Shown in pieces: positions 24,745-29,050 of a DNA stretch of 29,050 nt (positions are counted from its first letter, which is position 1; each line of letters opens with the position of its first letter). The notes beneath the pieces are model-generated. The model worked only from the letters and a program-made list of their open reading frames with translations. It was not told where the DNA came from and did no database searches. This stretch comes from a virus (lineage: Duplodnaviria; Caudoviricetes): positions 1-29,050 of the IMG/VR virus record IMGVR_UViG_3300048857_000047. The stretch is one strand, 5' to 3'. A program made the translations under genes and the position numbers.

Positions 24745-26712
24745 TTATGGCCCTGCCGGGACAGGATCGCCCCAGGTGATGTTATCCATCCAGGAGACCG
24801 CGCTAGCCCGGCGCCGTGCCCAGTTCATCGTACGCTCGGCGCGGAACGCCACGCTGTTCGTCTGGAACATGGAAACGACCGTGGTCTCCACCGGATCAGC
24901 GGCACCGGAGTCCTGCGTCGGGGTATCCACCATCTCGAGAGATGCTTCCGTCGACATGGCGACGTCCACACCTCCCTCATCGGCCAGGTAGATGTCCTCG
25001 GCATTCACGAGCGCCACGTAGTCAGTCAGGTAGTTCGACACGATCACGGGGAGTTCGAAGAAGGTGCCACCCTGCATGGTGATGCCGGGGAATTCCCGCT
25101 GGCCTAGGGGGTTCAGCATCATCATGAGCCGCAGGGCATAGGTCGCGGACATGATCCAGACACCGGACTGCAGTGGGTTGTTGGCCGCTACGAAGGCACC
25201 GATGAGGGCCTGCACGTCTTCACGGACAGCATCCGCACCGGTGGCCGCGCTGTTCGTGACCGCAGTCACCCCGTTGAGGATCGAGGCCGGCCGGACGTTC
25301 GGAACCGCTGCGGAGGCAGGGTCGATGAACGACAGATCCGAGCGCCTGGCGATGGCCTTAGCCAGGGAGTTCCGCAGGAGAACGTCCGATGACGGCGAGC
25401 TGTCGCGGATGAGCTCCATCGTCTGCACGGCAATGGTCGCGATCTTGAGAGGGCTGATCTCATTGCGGCCAACCGTGAACTTGGTCAGGGGCTTACCCTT
25501 GCCTTCGCCAACCCACTGAGCGTCGGTCTCCGAGGCTTCAGAGATGAGTGGCACCCGGAACGGCACGCGAGTCAGCGCCGGGATATTCCCGGTGCCGAAG
25601 CGGCCTACGATGGTCATCGGACGCAGGAACTCCACGAAATCAGCGAAACCGCCCTCATTACCGATTAGGGCATCGGTGTTGGCCGTCGTCATGGCGGACA
25701 CCGCAGCCTTCACGATATCGACCAGATCCGGATCGGCCTTTCCGTAAATGCCTTCAGCAACACGGTCGATCGGCTGATGGGTCTTCGTGGAGATGGCGAG
25801 GCACTTCGCATAGCGAGCAAAACGGATGCCCTTCTCCGGCGCCGGCTTCTGAAGCGAGACCCCGCTGCGGGCTGCCGTGCCGTCCTCAGAAGACTTGATC
25901 TGGTTGTGAACGACGGGCTTGGCGGAGGCCGCCTGTGCCTTCTCCAGAGCGCGGAGGCGCTTCAGGTCGCCGTCGATGGCTGCGACCTCCTGTTCGAGGG
26001 TGTCGAACTCCTCCTGCTCGGCCTGGTCAGTCGAACGGCCTTCCTCAATGGACTTCTGCATGACTTCAGCCATGCGGGCGGACTTGGCCTGCCGAGAGGC
26101 CTCCAGAGCCGCGATCTGTTCAGCGATAGTTTTCATGTTCGTGCCCTCCTTCGGGCGCAAGTTGACTGGTTTGGTGGATTTTCCGGAAGCGCCCGGAGGG
26201 ACAGGCCGATCAGTTGCCTTGGGCTCTTTGCCTGTCGCGGCGAGCAAGGGGGCATCGATCGACTTGATGGTTGAGATCACCGCATCGGCATTAGCCGGCA
26301 CGGAGACGAGAGAAAGCTCAAGGACCTCCGTGGCGATGAAGCGGATACCGCCCTCATCCATCCACGAGTACTCAAGAGCACGGAATCCGATGGAAACGGC
26401 CCGGACGAGACCCGCTTTGATTTCGCCCCAGGCCGTCTCGACACGATCGCGCAGCGGTCCCGGCTCTTCGATCTTGGGGAGGCGAGCTTCGAAGGTGATG
26501 CCGTCCTTGGTGGGTTTATCGAAGGTGACGGTGCCGACCGGCTTATCGTGGTCATGTTGGTGCAGCAGTGGCATGGGGTTCTTGAACTGGACGCCTAAGG
26601 GTTCCACGATGTCCCCTACCCGGTCAGGGTTCGGGGTTGTCGCCACGCCATGGATAATGCGCTGGTCCTCCTCGACCGCCTTGACGGTCAGGACCGAGTA
26701 CATACGGTTCAT
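24745..26712 (-). CDS. Fused prohead protease + major capsid protein (HK97 fold)
   Basis: N-terminal DRVGDIV, LLHQH...PVG, SIGF, ELSLVSVPAN protease motifs; coiled-coil delta region; capsid motifs AQWVGEG, KIATI, WIMS and MFQTNSVAFRAE. Confidence 0.95.
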   Translation of the reverse strand: MNRMYSVLTVKAVEEDQRIIHGVATTPNPDRVGDIVEPLGVQFKNPMPLLHQHDHDKPVGTVTFDKPTKDGITFEARLPKIEEPGPLRDRVETAWGEIKAGLVRAVSIGFRALEYSWMDEGGIRFIATEVLELSLVSVPANADAVISTIKSIDAPLLAATGKEPKATDRPVPPGASGKSTKPVNLRPKEGTNMKTIAEQIAALEASRQAKSARMAEVMQKSIEEGRSTDQAEQEEFDTLEQEVAAIDGDLKRLRALEKAQAASAKPVVHNQIKSSEDGTAARSGVSLQKPAPEKGIRFARYAKCLAISTKTHQPIDRVAEGIYGKADPDLVDIVKAAVSAMTTANTDALIGNEGGFADFVEFLRPMTIVGRFGTGNIPALTRVPFRVPLISEASETDAQWVGEGKGKPLTKFTVGRNEISPLKIATIAVQTMELIRDSSPSSDVLLRNSLAKAIARRSDLSFIDPASAAVPNVRPASILNGVTAVTNSAATGADAVREDVQALIGAFVAANNPLQSGVWIMSATYALRLMMMLNPLGQREFPGITMQGGTFFELPVIVSNYLTDYVALVNAEDIYLADEGGVDVAMSTEASLEMVDTPTQDSGAADPVETTVVSMFQTNSVAFRAERTMNWARRRASAVSWMDNITWGDPVPAGP

Positions 26713-26726
26713 TTCAGGAGTCCTTC

Positions 26727-28373
26727 TCAGCCCAGTATGAGCATCTGATATTCGGGCTTCCGCTCGTCTTTTCGGTCGCGAGACTTGAGCCCACAGAGCA
26801 TCGCCAGCGTCACCGCGCCATCGATCCGGAAGCGGGCCTTGTTCTTGTCGATCTTGCGATTGCCGGCCGGATCCATCGTCGCGACCGCATTCGCCATGTT
26901 CCAGTTGAGTACCGGACTTGAGGGATGCTCGAGCTTGCGTTCGATTACCGCGAACTCCAGCGCATCGATGGCTGGCGCCATGTCACGATAACCCTGCCCC
27001 CACGGTATGAGGCGTAGGCCGTCACCCTTCTCGCCTTCCTGGAAGGCCTGAAGACCAATCCGATCAAGCTCCCGCAAAAGGTCGTTGATGCGCCAGCGGT
27101 CATACGCGAGACCAAGGACCTTGTACCGCTGGCACAACTCAGCAATCTTGAACGCCACCACTTGCGGGTCGATCGAACGACCAGGCGAGACATCGAGCCA
27201 CCCTCCATCGTGCCACTCGACATAGCGAAGATTACCTGAGCCGAAGTCCCGGTTGCTATGTTCCTTCAGGAGATCAGCCGGCTTCCAAAAGTATGGTCGG
27301 ATCCGTGTAAGGTCTCCGGCGCTACCCATCATGAGTGAGGTCAGGTCCACCACACCCGACATGTCGAGCGCCAGGTAGACCTCCTCTCCGTCCTCGAACT
27401 CGGCCTTGCCCTTGCAGGCCATCCATTCGGCCCGCGAGATCAGCGAAGCGACCGGAGCCACACGCTGATTGAGGTAGAGGTTCCGGAATTTCGGCTCCTC
27501 AGCCGGCATGCGCTGTGCCTTCGCCGCAATCGCCTTCAGGTCGTCCAAGTCCCTAAAGTCGCCCAGAGCCGGGTTCGCCAGCTTCCAGCACTTTGGATCG
27601 AAGATATCCTCCTGCTCCTCGGGCACTTCATAGAGATGGCAGACGATGGTTTGGTCCTTTGCGCTTAGCCCATCGTCAATGAGCTTCGACAGGATGTGTT
27701 CAGGGTCGTTGCTCTGCGTCGAGATGGTGACGAAGAGAGGCTCCGCACGAGCACCCATCGAAGTATCAAGAACGTCGTAAAGTTCGCGATCCTTTGCTTG
27801 AGCCAGCTCATCGAAGATCACCAGCGAGGGGTTGAATCCGTGCTTCGTGCCGGCCTCTGCCGAGATGGCGCGATAGAATGACCCATTGGAGTAGCAGGCT
27901 AGTGTCTTGGTTGACGGGATGACACGAACGAGGGCGCTGAGTTCTGGATCAGCCTCGACAATCTGCCGGGCCATCTTGAACACCTGAGCTGCCTGCTCAC
28001 GGTCATTGGCGGCGGAGTAGATCTCCCCGTTCTGGATCGCCTCCGGACCGACCAGATGGACGAGCACGAGGGCGGCGATCAGGGCCGTTTTCCCGTTTTT
28101 TCGGGCGATCGAGAGGATGGCGCGCCGAACGATCCGGCGCCACTCTCGGCCGGTGAACTTGTGCGGCTCATAGATTGCTCGGATGAACCGCTTCTGCCAT
28201 TCCCTGAGCTTGAATGGACCGCCCTGCCCTTCGCCGCTGGGGACGATCAGGCATTCAATGAACGCGATGACCCGCTCTGCCCGATCAGGCCGTCGAACTT
28301 GCTTCTCGGCTTTTCGTCCGGGAGCTTGAGGGCGGCGCGTGCCTTTGGATCGAGCCCGAGCCGGTCGCCCCAC
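26727..28373 (-). CDS. terL: Terminase large subunit
   Basis: Walker A ARKNGKT, Walker B VIFDEL, ANPALG, ALDMS..DLT and RIDGAV. Proposed GTG start 28373 with GGAGGA 9 nt upstream (track start 28415). Confidence 0.95.
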   Translation of the reverse strand: MGRPARARSKGTRRPQAPGRKAEKQVRRPDRAERVIAFIECLIVPSGEGQGGPFKLREWQKRFIRAIYEPHKFTGREWRRIVRRAILSIARKNGKTALIAALVLVHLVGPEAIQNGEIYSAANDREQAAQVFKMARQIVEADPELSALVRVIPSTKTLACYSNGSFYRAISAEAGTKHGFNPSLVIFDELAQAKDRELYDVLDTSMGARAEPLFVTISTQSNDPEHILSKLIDDGLSAKDQTIVCHLYEVPEEQEDIFDPKCWKLANPALGDFRDLDDLKAIAAKAQRMPAEEPKFRNLYLNQRVAPVASLISRAEWMACKGKAEFEDGEEVYLALDMSGVVDLTSLMMGSAGDLTRIRPYFWKPADLLKEHSNRDFGSGNLRYVEWHDGGWLDVSPGRSIDPQVVAFKIAELCQRYKVLGLAYDRWRINDLLRELDRIGLQAFQEGEKGDGLRLIPWGQGYRDMAPAIDALEFAVIERKLEHPSSPVLNWNMANAVATMDPAGNRKIDKNKARFRIDGAVTLAMLCGLKSRDRKDERKPEYQMLILG

Positions 28374-28735
28374 GACCGCATTTCCTCCGACATCGCCTTC
28401 AGTATGCGAAACCATGGATTTGGCTGCTTCTGCCCTTTCGAGCCGTCGACCACGGGATCAAAGTCAGGGGCGTTCATCTCGTGGGTCGCTCTCTTGTGCC
28501 AGGCCCAGGCCGTAGCGAACGAGGAGAGCGCATAGGTGTCGACCGTGGCGTAGGTCTTCGGCGGCATGGACCGCTTGATGAGTTCGATGCAAGCCTGAGC
28601 ATCGTCGTGAAGATGATCAGGGACGAGCGCCTCGCCGGTCGCCGCAATCCCAAAGTCATCTATCGGCCGTTTCGAAGGGTTTCCCTCTAGTCTCTGAAGA
28701 CGAGCCAGCTTGGGCTTCGGCCCCCTTTTTCCCAT
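28247..28735 (-). CDS. terS: Terminase small subunit, P27 family
   Basis: MGKRGPKPK...LEGNPSKRP, PNPW and LGLDPKARA.L motifs. Confidence 0.92.
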   Translation of the reverse strand: MGKRGPKPKLARLQRLEGNPSKRPIDDFGIAATGEALVPDHLHDDAQACIELIKRSMPPKTYATVDTYALSSFATAWAWHKRATHEMNAPDFDPVVDGSKGQKQPNPWFRILKAMSEEMRSWGDRLGLDPKARAALKLPDEKPRSKFDGLIGQSGSSRSLNA

Positions 28736-28835
28736 TGTTTCGCAGCCTTTCCAGGAGCTTTCTCAGGATCGCCTTCACGTGGTCTTTGACGGCGTGCTTA
28801 CTCGCCTCGGTGCTACCCGGCTCTGGTTGCGTCAT
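28656..28835 (-). CDS. Hypothetical small protein overlapping terS start
   Basis: G-rich RBS before ATG 28835; 59 aa; overlaps terS by 80 nt. Confidence 0.3.
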   Translation of the reverse strand: MTQPEPGSTEASKHAVKDHVKAILRKLLERLRNNGKKGAEAQAGSSSETRGKPFETADR

Positions 28836-28920
28836 CACTTCCCCCCAACGATCTGCCGCAATCTGACGTTAGGGGCCGAGTGAAGCTTAGCTGTGCTGGA
28901 GCGCACATACTTTAGGGCTA

Positions 28921-29050
28921 GGGCATGTCATCGCTTGATCCAGTCGAGTGTAGCGGCGAGGCAGAGAATGCCCATGAAAGATGAGGCGGTCTTCTCGTAG
29001 CGAGTAGCAACGGCTCGCCATTCCTTCAGTCTGGCCCAGAGCCGCTCGAC
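28921..29050 (-). mobile_element. IS5-family insertion sequence, 3' end (partial)
   Basis: Transposase C-terminus followed by TGACATGCCC-TAG, a typical IS5-type end next to a TA/CTAG target. Confidence 0.85.
28928..29050 (-). CDS. IS5-family transposase, C-terminal fragment (runs off window)
   Basis: VERLWARLKEWRAVATRYEKTASSFMGILCLAATLDWIKR* carries the ER...LK.WR.VATRYEK signature. Confidence 0.9.
   Translation of the reverse strand, partial: VERLWARLKEWRAVATRYEKTASSFMGILCLAATLDWIKR

Larger units (their letters stand above)
2297..28835 (-). mobile_element. HK97/lambda-like siphovirus prophage late region (packaging, head, tail, lysis), probably defective
   Basis: Co-oriented, translationally coupled run of terminase, capsid, portal, tail, tape measure, J and lysozyme genes. 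Boundaries are approximate; no integrase or att site is visible. Confidence 0.95.

Noticed and set aside
28840-28920. cos site
   Set aside because: Position fits but no sequence feature allows a call.
1-29050. CRISPR array, tRNA or rRNA genes
   Set aside because: No regularly spaced repeats or recognisable structural RNA genes seen.

Overview
About 27 kb of the window (roughly 2300-28840, minus strand) is the late operon of a GC-rich HK97/lambda-like siphovirus prophage in an alphaproteobacterium. The host looks Microvirga/Methylobacteriaceae-like, which is an inference from the cargo gene families and the GTTC-N7-GTTC SOS box. In transcription order it encodes: terS, terL, a fused prohead protease-major capsid gene with an internal RBS, portal, a PKDG-repeat head protein, head-tail connector, tail terminator, tail tube, a tail chaperone with a -1 slippery site, tape measure, Dit, DUF1833, NlpC/P60, a gpI+J tip protein, three paralogous tip proteins, tail fibre plus chaperone, and a lysis cassette. 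Several lesions suggest decay: a deletion at about 19990 fuses an HNH-type gene to the HK97-gp10 gene with no head-closure gene left, an in-frame TGA at 13918, a +1 frameshift at about 4118, and an IS5-family end at the right edge. The most notable feature is a GIY-YIG + winged-helix nuclease gene inserted into the 3' end of a head gene. It carries a synonymously recoded duplicate of that gene's C-terminus and is fused in frame to the other copy. Also notable are a two-gene fibre/polysaccharide-lyase-like cassette between Dit and DUF1833, a LexA-boxed two-gene operon facing the lysis genes, an RTX moron and a candidate anti-SD sRNA. Positions 1-1400 hold small host-type accessory genes. Family assignments come from motif recognition by eye; no database searches were run.
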